Part shown: positions 25,837 through 38,830 of the stretch, one piece after another | How positions within the stretch are numbered: position 1 is the first letter of the stretch | Layout of the letters: every line of letters starts with the position of its first letter | The notes under the pieces: model-generated | What the model saw: the letters and a program-made list of their open reading frames with translations, nothing else | What the model was told of the DNA's origin: nothing | The model's database searches: none | Program-made: the position numbers and the translations under genes | Origin: Chlorokybus atmophyticus | Lineage: Eukaryota > Plantae > Mesostigma and Chlorokybus algae | DNA: 64,000 nucleotides | Assembly (NCBI GenBank): GCA_009103225.1 | Contig: RHPI01002262.1 | Location: 1,126,406 to 1,190,405, forward strand | Direction of reading: 5' to 3'

Positions 25837-27317
25837 CTGCGTCGACAGAAGGTACATGACCCTTCGCGCTGTGCTATGGGCGTAAAGGCTTGTCGTCTTC
25901 ATTGGTTGTAAATGGCTGTTCTGCCACAATGCAGGTCTACTGACCAAACCTATGCTCCTCACAGCCCGCTTTTGGCAGCCGGATTGGCAATGCTCAGGAA
26001 CTTGATTCATGCTTATGTATAGCAGTAGATCCTCATGCTATACATAGTCATTCAGCTCCTAGTGGCAGCAGTTTGTATAGCTTGCATGTATAGTCACACC
26101 TCGTGTCTTGCAGCATATGCCTTGCTGGGATGGCAACAACATGGTCAGGGGACATTCACAACGCTTTCAATTTAGATGTGTAACTCTAAAGCTGTTCAAC
26201 GTAACTGCAGGCTACATGGGAATGCACCACTATGCTAGGCACCATGCTATGCGCCTTGCTCGTATGTCAATGATCACAGAGGGATGCGGACATGGGAATG
26301 CACCACTATGGCCACAACTTCAATATTGATGCCTTTACCAAACACACGCCATTAAACTAGATTGAAGTGTTGCGGTCAGTCTAGCAGAAGCGATGCAGCC
26401 ATAATAGATGGACTTAAGTAGTTCATGCTCGGCGCTGATGCCAGTATTGCAATAGCCTGTACGCACCAATATGTGCTCATTAAACCAAGTGGTCAAGCGC
26501 ATTGTCAAACTTGGTCTTTTAACTATGTCATTGGCTACGACATGTAGTCTTGGATCAGCTATATAGAATTCTTATAACCAGCCGTATATCCCAAGGTACA
26601 AGAGACGATGTCGTTGTGGGTAAGGATTATACCAGCATATGTAGAGTAAATGCAATGCTGTGACTGAGACTCACAAGACAAGCATGCCACATGCATGCAC
26701 AAGCAACCTACCGTCCATGTGCTCATACTAGCATACCATATCTTGTTTACTCGTGCCTCCTTGGTTGCAAAAAGAAAGTGATTGCCTCATTAACATGTTG
26801 TGTGCATTGCACACATCTTCCAAGCCGTACGACCAAGCTCAACAAACAGTGATTGCAGGGACTCACTGAGAACGAGAATAACCTTCCGTCCCTGCCCCAA
26901 GCCCGCTAGAGCAACATACACCCTGACATAGGGTATACCAAGCACATGCGCACGTGTACTCGGATGTAGATCTGTACACATCATATGTAGGCATGGTCAT
27001 GTGGACACGCATCACCGCATATATAATGCAACTTGTGGAGACAGTTGGTCAGTACATTGTGATCAAGTAGGTTGGCATGTCAACTCAGGTTGGAAAGCAA
27101 TCATCGCCAATTGACATTTGCTAATTCATACCTCACATTGAAAATTGAATATAACAAGGCTGAGGACCTAGAGAATACGTCAGCTATACCACAAATAGTA
27201 GTGGTGTTGCTGTCAAGCCAAAATGCTTGTATAGTTACGTTGCTCCAGGATGAACTTGTTTAATAATACACACGACCTACAGAGTAGAGCTGAAAGCTAG
27301 GCACACAACTATGTACA

Positions 27318-29333
27318 TTACAAACGTGACAAGTGTGCAATATACTCACGCAATCGTGGCAGGTACAATGGAGATGCCTCGAGGTCGCAATGTGTTCCTC
27401 CAACCACCCACAGCGGCTTGAACGACTGCTGGCAAAGCTGTGCAAGCCTCTGGCCGTGCGCGATGTTGATAACCTCATCGGTTGTGCCGTGCAAAACCAG
27501 CACAGGACATGCAACCTTGCTGATCTTGTCAACATTCTGCATGCATGACAAGGGTACCAAGAAAGTAAGTAAGTACGCAGCTTATGCCCAATCGGCATTC
27601 ATGCCAACACAACAACGTTGAGCACGACAACCACCTTGTAGATGTCGAATGGGTACGTGCGAGTAGTGTTGGGATGCAAGACTCGGATTCCAGATAGTAG
27701 AGGGCTGTGCAAGACGAGCCCACCCAAGTTGGGTGACAGGGCAGCCAGATGCGTGGAAGGTCCACTGCGGCACAACACGATGCACATAAGAAGTGTACTC
27801 AACCAGCGCTAGTCAGCTTAGTCGTTGTACCTGCCGACACTCTGCCCGTAGAGCACGATATCCTGCTCTCGAGTCCCCTTCTCTTGCAACCACGCATAGC
27901 ATGCCTCAATATCCGCGTATGTGGCGACCTCGCACGGCTGGTGGGTACAGACACAATGTCAGAAAGGTTTTGTGGTTGTATGGCAGCGCACTGCATATAT
28001 GCAGATATGCTTACGCTGCCAGTGCTGGTTCCATAGCCCGTATAGTCATACCTGCACAGCAATCGCTCACCTTTGATCATGCACATAGCATGCAATTGGC
28101 ATGATATACCGTGTTTGTTGCATACGTCAGGTAACATCAAGTAGGTGTAACGGTACACGCTATGCGGTTTGCAATGCATACATGATACATGAACACACCC
28201 GAGGATGTTGACATTGAGCGCCGCACTCAAGTCCAACAGAAATGGCCGCATCTGGCCGAGATCTACGGCATTGCCATGGGAGAATAGCAGAGTAAACCTA
28301 GCGTTCCTGCTATTGCAACTGTAATTAGCCCGTGCGTGCCGTGCCATCGTGCTCACTTTCAACACAAGCTCAACAAGCCTTCCAAATTGTCAAAACCGAC
28401 CGACTTGTCATTGCCAAAACTTACTTCCTGCGAATGAAACATGCTGCCAGCGTGTCTCCGCGCTTGTTGGCAATCTTAACCACCTACACGCAATCAGCCC
28501 AATCCAATAGTTCATGTGTGTCCAAACATAGCTCATCTGTTCCAGCATATAAACAGTATCCTGAGCTTGAAAGAGTTAAGCTGTCTGTCGGCACTGCATC
28601 TGCTGCGGGTGGGGGACGCGTTGACCTTATAACAGGTTTTGGGTGTGTATGTACTACTTACATGTGCCTATACACCCAAAACACGCATACATGTAGATAC
28701 ACATGTGTTCACGCACATGCGCAGCACATGAGAAAGTGTGTGCTCGTGTCTGTTTACGCATACACTTACGCGCATGTGTTTTTCGAGTAGCGCGTGTCAG
28801 ATTGTAGGCTCCGTTGTGTTATAGGTATCATGGTGTGCAGCTTACAAGCAGCTATACAACACGGTGCATGTGTAGTTCACTGAGGAGCGATATGCTATCA
28901 TTGTTCCAATAAGGGTTTTGCTGCTTACATATACGTATTCATACACACCACCACGCCATTCAAAACGACCTGTCATTGAGGCTGACATGCCGTGCCATTA
29001 AGTTGACATAGAGAGTACTCAACTCTGTATGCCAGTAGTGCTTTGTTGGTTTTCCAACGGGTTGCCATTATCCAACAATGCATTACGCAATCACTGCGCC
29101 TGTCACACCCTTGACTTGACTTAAACGCACAATCTGATTTATGCCAAGCGTGCAACCATATGCGCAAGCATGCAAGTACGCACGCGCAAGCACACCTGCA
29201 GGTCTGGCCTTGGAGGCACGCCGTCAAAGCACCAGCCGCCCGGGTTTGTCTCATCCCGGACCAACGAGTAAGTGGCCGGCCTGGGCGGGTAGTACGCCAG
29301 GCGGTTGGCTATACTACTTGCCACGACACCCAT
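27318..29333 (-). CDS. ABHD17-like alpha/beta hydrolase (plant ABAPT-type putative protein de-S-acylase), multi-exon
   Basis: [22 protein letters not shown]; [15 protein letters not shown]; [12 protein letters not shown]; TYADIEACY; nucleophile elbow YGQSVGSGP; [11 protein letters not shown]; HGTTDEVI; GGTHCDLE (Ser-Asp-His triad). Confidence 0.92.
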
Positions 29334-29983
29334 AGAGAGAGATCGACTTCAAGCAAACAAACGGTATACAAAACAACCAGTACAGCTTGCTGGGCTTTGG
29401 CCTCCTCCTCCTCCTCCTCCCCCTGCTCCTCCGTCTGCTCCTTCACCCTGTCACATTGAAGCCCAGACGCAATCCAGCAGTCTCAGTGCTGCCGCAGCTG
29501 CTGAGCACGACATAGCGACGCCTCCTCCAACAACCCCGCCGACACGGACCCCGCCGCCGCCGCCATGTTGCTAAAAGCAGCCAAAGTCGCCCACAAGGCC
29601 ACGCAAGCACACGCAAGCTGCAAGCTTTGTGCTTTTAGCTTACATTTTGAAGCACACAGCTCTGACTGTCAGCTGAAGACTGTAGTATTGGAGCTCCAGC
29701 TGTGAAGCAAGAAGTAGTCCTAGCTTGAAGCTTGCAACAGCTTGCGCAACCAACGCTGAGCTGAGCACGACAAGCTCAGCCTGTTTTCTTTTCATCCAAA
29801 TTGTGAGTAACTTAACAAACTTTCCTGCGGCGACGGCGGCGGCGGTTGAGGGCGGCGGAGAGGGAGGAAGAGCGAACGAGGCGGAGGTTGTCCCGTGTCG
29901 TTGTGGTTGTTCTCGTCGTTGTCGGTGTTGTTATTGGTTGTGGTTGTGGTAGCGGGTGTGCTGTTGGCGGGGTAGGGAGCAGC

Positions 29984-32900
29984 ATGACTGAGATGGAGGT
30001 GGAGGCGGCGACGGCGGTGCCAGCTACTACTGCTGGTGCTGGTGCTGGCGCTGGCGCTGGCGGCAGTAAGAAGAACAACAAGGGTCCGCCGGCTGGGCTG
30101 ACCGATCCTGAGATCGCCGCCGCCGTGGAGGCTGCCAGGGACCTCGGCCTGTCCAAGGGCCAGCTGCCGGAGGCGCTGGAGAAGCTATTGGCTGTGGAGA
30201 AGCATGCTCGCCTGGTGAGCATACTGGAAGCACAAGTAGCTGACATAAGTTTCGCGTCTTTGTTCTAACATTTAGTTGAGGATTTGTTACTTGCAGTCTA
30301 TCCTTGAGCACAATCCACGTGTGTTGCACAGCTTGAAGGTCTTATCTCAAGTTGTTGCATGTCCGCTCTGTGACTCTGTCAGTAGCTTCCATCAGTGCTG
30401 AAAAGCAGTTAAGGCAAATTTGCTTTGGGCACGCTATCTCTCTTCAACGTTTGGATTTTTTCAATCCGTGATCTTGGAGGAGCACTGCATGTGCCAACAC
30501 TCTCTACTGTCATGTTGGCTTGCTCACACAGTCCTCGGGCTGACACTTAGGCACGCTCATGGTATGGTGATGGACCAACGTGCATAGGTTGTGTACAAGG
30601 CGTTACTTCTTAGTTGATGCCGCGGAGCGGCATCAATCAACAACTACCAATCAACTGTATGAGACTGCACATTAGAGATGGCCACTCATTACAGTAGTGG
30701 TCAGTGACGCACATGTGTGCGGTCCCGCGTTGCAAACACAAGCTGACATTAAGTGCTGAGGCTTGGAACTGTATGGAGTTGTACCAGTTGTACCAGATCA
30801 TGTGTGTTTTGACCTGTTGTACCGTGGTGGCAACATGCAGCAGGCCATTCACATCTTGTTCACGTGATGTTTGTCGGGCTGATGCACCTGTATGCGTTTT
30901 TAAGGCAGGGGAGATCACAGCGACAAGGACGGTTGTGGTGGCGATTGTACGATTGTGCTTTGATGCAAAGGACTACAAAGCTCTCAATGAGCATATTGTG
31001 CTACTGTCCAAGCGGCGTGCGCAACTCAAGCAAGCAGTTGTTGCCATGGTCCAGGTACTCGAGGCAAACGACATGATTTGCATCAGGAACTCAAGTATCA
31101 AGCAAACTGCGTGTCAATTTTGCATGCTCCAGTATACCTCTATAATGTAAACATACATGCCATGATAGTGTCAAACAGATGGTGGAGACGCAGCGCAGTC
31201 ATAGCTGGTTGGTCCGGTTGTGTACGTACATATACCTCAACTGTATATGTGTGTATGGGGCCTTATGTATATACACACATACCCGTATGCTGACAGCGAC
31301 GAACGGCATCATGACATCTACAACACTTGTAATTACGTCGGTGTGAACATGTGTTATTAGGTACCATGATGTAGCAACTCTATGCTTCATGATAGATTGC
31401 AGTCTTGTGTTGTCACGTTATGAGAACCACATTTGTCAATCATCACAAAACTGGTGTACCTGGTTATCTACTGCCTGATCAAATACAACTTTTGCGCTCT
31501 GGAGGTGCGTTCAACCTCATCCTTTACTGCTGTAGGAAGCCACCGGCTGGGTAGACCAACTCCCTAGCGTTGATGACCAAGTGGCGTTAATTGAGACTCT
31601 CAACTCAGTGACCACTGGCAAGGTATGTTGCGTAAAGCAACTTCAGTTGTTGTGCGTTTGCTTTAGCTAACAACATATCAAAGGCACTGTGTTGGTTGTG
31701 GCATTGTTTCCCTGTTGGCAAACATGCTTACTTTCTTACAGATGTATGTGGAGATTGAGCGCGCGCGATTGACACGGAGACTGGTCAAGATCAAGGAAGA
31801 TCAAGGGAAGTTGGATGAAGCTGCAGATATCATGCAAGATGTTGCGGTAAGGGGAATTCGTGTTTTGTGCATTCTCCACACATAGAAAGCAGCAGTGCTA
31901 ACACATAGAACAAGCAATGATAACCACTTCTGGAATGGTATCAGGTTGAAACATTCAGTGCCATGGCCAAGACCGAGCGCATAGCTTTCATCTTGGAGCA
32001 AGTGCGATTGTGTCTGGACAGGAAAGACCCTGTGCGCGCTTCCATCCTCGCAAAGAAGATCAATCCGCAGGTGTCTTTGCTAGTTTGGTACTTTGTTATT
32101 GCCATTGTGTTCATGTTGTTGGGTTGTTAGAATCGATGTCAGGCATGCCTGTTCTAGTACAGGTTTTTGAAGAGAAGCCTGTAAAGGCTGAGAAGAAGGA
32201 TGAAAAGCCCAAGCCAAAGGCGGAAGGCGATGAGGTCATACAGGTACCGAAGTAGGTTGATCTCATTCAATGCTTACTATGTCCTCAGTATTAACATGCC
32301 AGTGGTACATCATTGTGTATGTACAGACGGTTTGAACTGCACAGTCCATGCTTAGCATATATTGTAATCTTTGTAGACGCGTTGAAACGTGTTCTGTACC
32401 TGTTTCTGCAGGCACCTTCTCCAGACACGCCAAGCATGACGCAGTTGAAGCTTATCTACTACCAGCACATGATTCGGTATGATATCATGATCAGGATGGC
32501 TGCGGGAAACATCATTTGCGTGCAACTTTGCTTTGCTGCTGACCGTGTGTCAGATGCAAATGTACTCAATCCCTGTATCTATGCGTGTGCCTGCAGTTAC
32601 TACACGCACGAGGGCGACTACCTGGAGCTCTGCCGAGCGTACCAACACATCTTTGACACGTCAACTGTGCGGGATGATCCCAATCAGTGGATGCCTGTAA
32701 GTATTAGCTGATGCACATACTGCAAGCTGAATGATGTTGATATTTACTACGCTGAAGTTTCTCGTTACAATATGCATTGGTCATGCAACCTATGTAATGT
32801 TTACACAGGTTCTCAAGCGCATGGCGTGGTATGTTGTTCTTGCTCCTCATGGACCCATGCAAATCTCATTGCTCAACCAACTCTCGCAAGAAAAAAAGCT

Positions 32901-33777
32901 CTCCGACCTTCCAAAGTTTCAGTAAGTTTGTTTGTAAGTGGGTTTAGAGTTTTTATCTGTCTCGACACACATTTTGAATTTGTTTGTTGTTTGCTTCGCA
33001 GAGCGCTGCTTAAGGTGTTTATAACAATGGAGGTTGTCAACTGGCCTGCTTTTCTGAAAACTTACCAAGAGGTATAATAGGATGCATGCATATGCGGCTT
33101 GCCAGCTTCTGCCTGTGTGATGCTTGGACTACAAGTGGTTGCGCATGCCCTTTCAGGAATTCGCGAGCGAGCCGGAATTGTTCAAAGGCGGTGAGGAGAG
33201 CAAGGCTATGAAGGATCTGCGGTTGCGCATCACGCAGCATGTACGTTCAAACTGTGACTGTGCATGCCTGCGTGCGTACGTGCGCGAACGTGTGTGCACG
33301 CGTGTCAGCATGTGCATGCACGTCTGTACGTGCACGTACGCGCATGCACGCGTGTTGCTCTTCTCTTATTCCAAGCGTGTTTGCATGTGTGCGTATCTGG
33401 CGTGCGCTCTTGTGTGTGTTGGTTTGACTCATTTTCTAAACAATGCTGACGCTTCACGCACATGTGTGCCCTGGCGCTCGCAGAACATCCTGGTTGTGTC
33501 AAAGTACTACACAAGGATAACAACAAAGCGGCTGGCGGCACTGATGGACCTGCCAATGGAGGATGCGGAGCGGCACCTGGCGGACATGGTGGTGAGCAAG
33601 GCGCTGGTGGCCAAGGTGGACAGGCCGGCTGGCATAGTGTCCTTCCGGCCACTGCAGGAGTCCACGGAGCTGCTGAATGACTGGTCGAGCCATATCGGCC
33701 GCCTCCTATCGCTGGTTGAGCGCTCCTGCCATCAGATACACAAGGAGACGATGATCCACAAAGTCACGCTTGCGTAG
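29984..33777 (+). CDS. RPN5: 26S proteasome lid subunit RPN5 / PSMD12, about 11 exons
   Basis: [12 protein letters not shown]; [13 protein letters not shown]; [24 protein letters not shown]; [22 protein letters not shown]; [12 protein letters not shown]...LNDWS...[12 protein letters not shown] (PCI domain). TAG at 33775-33777. Confidence 0.96.
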
Positions 33778-34229
33778 TTGAGAAAACGGCTCGGTGTGGT
33801 AATCGCTGCCTGCTTGCAAAACCCACGTGTGCTGGGTTGGCCCACATGTGCAGTGTACTTGGAGTTGTGGTGAGTCATGTGCACACTGTTGATCAGGTGG
33901 GCAGCACGCAGAGCATTACATACAAGAGCATGTTGCGCCATTTTTGTGCTGGCAATATATGAGGGTCATGGCCAGTCAAGTTGGTGCATTGTGTAACCTG
34001 CTGCAGTCATAGCGACAGCAAGTCCAAACACACTGTACCAAGCGTTGAATACATTATTGCAACTGCAGTTTGCGCCTCAGATCACAACCACACTGGACAC
34101 GAATATAAGCTTGACTAACCAACTTAAATGTGGTAACTCCCTGTGAGAAGATTTTCAAATGAGGTGCCTTTGAATGGAACTTGTCATGAAGATGTAACAT
34201 GAGGCTTCTCAACATTTGCGCGCGCAAGG

Positions 34230-34560
34230 TTGTGTATACAAAAGGGGTATGCTACAATGTCAGCACGCGAAGCTATTGCAGCAATGGCAGCACCAGCAGC
34301 ACAAGAAGCAGTACCATCACACTTGACGCCACTGTGGAAGGATCCTTTGGTCGTGTGGAAGTACAATGCAACTTTGGCAAAGGCCCTTTGCAACAGGGCG
34401 TTGATGGTAATACATGTGACACATGCTGAACAGGTGATAGCCATGCAGTACTGTGGTTGTCACACACGCTTGCTACATGGTATCATCAACACTGTATTGG
34501 GACATGTTGTCGCTTGCGGTTACACAATGACTACCCTATGTTGCGGCATAGGGTAGTCAT
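34230..34560 (+). mobile_element. Probable Penelope-like element fragment (region N-terminal to RT)
   Basis: Translation KDPLVVWKYNATLAKALCN...YCGCH...INTVLGHVV resembles the P-x-I-x-Y-x-Y...C-x-C...GHV stretch I recall upstream of RT in Naiad/Chlamys-type PLEs. Recalled pattern, not searched. Confidence 0.4.
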
Positions 34561-36161
34561 TGTGTAATAACAAACGGGGTTGCATGCTTAGTGTGCACCA
34601 TTGGTGTGGCATGTGCAGATGATGACAGTGTGATTGCATGGCTGCTGCATGCTGTTGTGAGTGGTGTGTGTGACTGATAGTGGGTGCTTGACCGGGGGCA
34701 CCGTGTCGATTGTGCATAGGTTGATGCCTAGTGGTAGTGCCCGCGCTGTGAGTCATGCATGGCAGTGCTCAAGCGGCAGCCGACTACAACTGCATGGGGA
34801 GCAGATCCTTCTGCCCGTGTGAGGAGCGCGAAACCAACATCAACGACTGCTGCGCCATGCTTCGCGTCAATGCGCCTAACCCTAACTCTGCCGGCAGCGT
34901 AGTTAATGGCAGCACAGGCGGCGGCGAGGGTGTGGGCGAGGGAGATGGCGGAGGAAGGGGGAGTCCACGTCTGCATGTTAGTGTGGTCGATGTGGATGCG
35001 GCAAGGCCGCTGTCAAAGACACATGCGCAGGTGACTGCAATTGCCATGCATGCATGCATGTCTAACAGCGGGCAGTAGTGGTAGACTTAGAGGTAGTTGG
35101 TAGGCAGCATGTACGCGCCTTGCCCCGGTGGTTGATGTGGTGAGTGTTGGTGGTGTTGGTTGATTGCATGTGCACGTAGGTTTGCATGTTATGCATTCCC
35201 TCTTGCATCTCTTGTACAATGGGTGCACGCTGTTGTGGACGCTGTACGCGCACAGGCAAGCAGCTGCTGCTCCATCACCACCTGCGGCGACACAACACTT
35301 ACAGTTGACAGTGCACGACCACACCGTTGTGCAGTTCTTGCGGCATGCTTTATGGTAAAGGCTCCATATCTGGCCCATTTTCGCAGTATCAAGCTCCTTG
35401 TGGGCGCTGTGGTAAATATTTGACGGGAAAGTGTATTTATTTTAGTAGCCCTAAACTTACACTACGCGGCGGTGTTTTTACTTTTATGAATGGGTCAGTA
35501 TTGAGAAAGTTATGGTGTGCCAAAGTGGGGGTGGTAGAGGGGTCGGGCAGAAACTGAGTTTTTCCTAACTTGGCCACTTTAAGTTTAGTTAATAATAACT
35601 GTTGATTGACCGCGTTGAACGCCTAAAACTTTGGTAGTGACTAGTTCTGACCGTGCTCTTTCCAACAAACAAACTTGCATTCAATTCTATTCTGCATTGC
35701 AGAAGTTATGGGTGTTGAAGTCAAAAGGGTTTCATTATTAAGGATAGCCGCTAAACCCTAAAATGTGCTTATTTAAATGCTGTGTTCCAAAAGATACTCC
35801 GGCTGCCGTGCTTGATAATTGTTTTTGCCATTCTTTTTGTGGTAGATAAGCCTTGATGAGTAGGAAATCACTACAAAAATATACCGCCCCAAGCGCGCTT
35901 GCACCTGCATGCAACTTGCATAAAATCGTCATTGGCCAAATAAGGGCGAGTGGCCAAATAGCGAGCCCTTACCCTAGTCATCACACAAGTAGACATCTGT
36001 GCCTCGACATTTGCACTAATTTGTAAACGCTGCTGCTTACAGTGCTTGAGTGCGGAGCTGAATACAGCAACATATGAGTTGTGGCAGCCCATGACAGATG
36101 TGATAGCCGCCCATGCACAGTTCAACAATCAGTTCGGTTTTTGCCATCAGCATGCAAACAG

Positions 36162-36392
36162 CAAAGCGAGGTAGAGAGGGGGGGGGGGGGGGGGGGGGGG
36201 NNNNNNNNNNNNNNNNNNNNNNNNNNNNNNNNNNNNNNNNNNNNNNNNNNNNNNNNNNNNNNNNNNNNNNNNNNNNNNNNNNNNNNNNNNNNNNNNNNNN
36301 NNNNNNNNNNNNNNNNNNNNNNNNNNNNNNNNNNNNNNNNNGGGGGGGGGGGGGGGGGGGGGGGGGGGACGCTTTGTGGGAGCCTCGCTTTG
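36162..36392. mobile_element. Insertion into the PLE relic with 10-bp inverted ends and 4-bp TSD (ACAG), containing G-tracts and an assembly gap
   Basis: caaagcgagg (36162-36171) and cctcgctttg (36383-36392) are reverse complements. acag flanks both sides (36158-36161, 36393-36396). Removing the insert plus one TSD copy restores the frame QFGFCHQHANRYRCGSLPHLY. Confidence 0.65.
36201..36341. other. Assembly gap (141 N) flanked by poly-G
   Basis: N run; G runs at 36178-36200 and 36342-36368. Confidence 1.
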
Positions 36393-37762
36393 ACAGGTAC
36401 AGATGTGGGAGCCTCCCACATCTGTATCTGACGACAAAGCTACACAAAACGCCCCCATCGCTGCAGTTCATTGCTGCAGCATATGATACCACGATGTCTA
36501 ATGTGCGTATGGTTGAGAGTGTATAGAATCTCTTCCATAGTTGTGAATGACATCTGGGCAGAGGTTGTGTAGGATCCCAGATTAAGAAGCTCGTGGATCC
36601 TTAAAAACTTCAAAGCAATTTCAGACCTACCTCAACACCACGCACTCATAAAGAGAAGCGTGAGTCTGGTAATTGCAAACCTGTGCCTTCACCACGTTGT
36701 ATACTAATCTAGCACATGACGATCTCTTGCATAACCTAGCTATGGTGATGCATGAGGTGTTCAACATGTTGAAAGGTCGATCACATGCGCAGGCAATGGT
36801 GACATGCAGAGCATCATCACTGCATGTCACAATAACCGCAGGTGGGATGACATATGTGTGGGCCGCCCACCTATCAGTGCTGGCTCAACGCTCATAGCCA
36901 GCACTAGAGTTACAAAGGTGTTCACGGAGCACTTGCTGCACACGTTGTTGCAATTTGTGTGTTTAACCATGTTCGTGCAAACTGCCAAGGATACATTAAA
37001 CGGGCAGCGCATTGGGATTTTTTATGGGAAACTGTGCGGGTGTATACTTGGCAAACTACGACCTCTTTGTGCTCACGTGGCTACGACGGTTACAGCCCCT
37101 AGTGAACAGGCCCGTCTTCCTTGGGCTAGCACACTGTTTCTTATGGTTTATGGATGACTTACTATTGACACATTGCATGCATTCTCTGGATAATAACATA
37201 ATATGTTGACCTTTCATCACAAACAGCATCAAAAACAGCCATGCCGTTTTTCTATTTGCTGATCTGTTAAACTGCTGACCATGACATTTGCACCAGGCAG
37301 TGTGACAAGTTGCGGAAACCAGCCTTTAAGCTAGTGCCTGTGTTGCGGGCTCCACACCCTCTATCAGATCTCCCCACTGTTATTAAGCTGAATGTGGTCG
37401 TGTCACAATATGTCATGTTCACCAGAGTGTGCACATTCAGACCCATTTCTGCTGAAAAATGAAGCGGCTCGTAGCGGCAATGTGCTCATATGGTTATAAC
37501 AAGCGTGACCTGATGGGCAAACGAAGGGCGAAGATGGTAACGCAAACATGGTACATTTATGATGTCTCACCATTACAATCGTATATGCAGATGGTCAAGG
37601 CTTGTGAGGGCATCCGCAACAACCAGTAAGTATAAGTGAGATGCAACCACTGGCAGGTTAATGCAGGTGAGCTGATACATGAGGGGAGCAGCTGGTTGGC
37701 CATCATGTAGCCTGCTAAGACCTACTTATGCTATATTATACGGCTCTTACGTTGCTGTCATA

Positions 37763-38830
37763 CGTCGCAAATTTTACATAGTGATTTTACGGGGACTGAG
37801 GGACCGAGGGACTGACGGGAACCTGAATCTGCCTGACCTAATGGATTGGTCCATGAAGGGACTTATAGAACGGCCGGTGCTACTCAGCAACATTTAATGA
37901 CGGCCAGCGGTCGGGCGATAGCTACACGCGATTAAAGCCTGCCTGCGATAATTAAATTGTGACGTCACCGCATCTTCAAGTGACGGCCGATGGCCGGTCG
38001 TCTATTTTGCTTGATAGCGAGCCTATCTAGCATAGCATACAGTCATCTTTTGGTCATTTTTTGCAACAGTCGGCTGCCGGTCGTACCATAACCATTTTGC
38101 CGTATGCACGGCGGTTTGCATACTATGGCAAGCCAGTCACTGTCAGTCCCTATTCCGTGACCTGCCCGCTTGTTGATAAGTGACGGCAGACCACCGGTCA
38201 TCCGTTAGTGTGGCGGCGACCTACCGACTATGACAATTAAGTGACTGCCCGTTCTTTATTGCCGGCGAGCAATGCGGAACAATAGTACATGCAACAATTG
38301 TACCAATGGTACGAAAATCCCATTTTTACAATAGCACCATCGTACCAATTTCATGGTACGATAGTGCCATTGTGACGACGCGTTTGAATCACTTGGGTTG
38401 CCCAAGGTTCAAACGCTCAACGGCTTCAAGCAAGTTGAACAGTTGAGTTGTGCAGCGGTGGCGGCGGCATTGATGGCGGCGGCGGCAACGGCTAACAGTA
38501 AGCATACCATGAGGTACCTATCAGTTACAATCAGTTAGTGTACAGTTGCCGGGACTTAACTATTAGGTACCGGTTAGCTACTTGTCGGTTAGGTTAAGTC
38601 CCTTTTGCTTGACTAATGGGTATCCTTGCAGGTACTTGTCAGTTAGAGTTAGTCCCTTTATGCAGACGGTCGTTGACTGCTGGTATGGTATGGGCTGGTA
38701 TCGGCCGTTTTGCTCAGGCCCCTGTATCGAGATCGCCAGCAGATTGAACAACGACAGTCTGACTGACTATCCTCAGACCCACGACCGTCCTATATATTTA
38801 ATCGGCCGTCAGGGGTAACATTTTGCGACG
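37763..38830. mobile_element. Non-autonomous TIR element (Tc1/mariner-like MITE), 1068 bp
   Basis: TA|cgtcgcaaattttac ... gtaacattttgcgacg|TA: about 15-bp imperfect TIR with TA on both sides; no ORF; many tgacgg/ccgtc sub-terminal motifs. Confidence 0.7.

Larger units (their letters stand above)
35640..37630 (+). pseudogene. Decayed Penelope-like retroelement reverse transcriptase (stops and frameshifts), no C-terminal GIY-YIG seen
   Basis: PLE RT motifs in the correct order: FALICKRCCLQCLSAELNTATY (about 35980-36075), SLPHLYLTTKLHKTP..FIA (36410), SWILKN (36594), TCAFTTLYTNLAHDDL (36680), QRIGIF-MGNCAGVYLAN (37005), WFMDDLLL (37145), CDK...PHPLSDLP..IKLNVVVSQ...RVCT (37300-37440). Confidence 0.8.
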
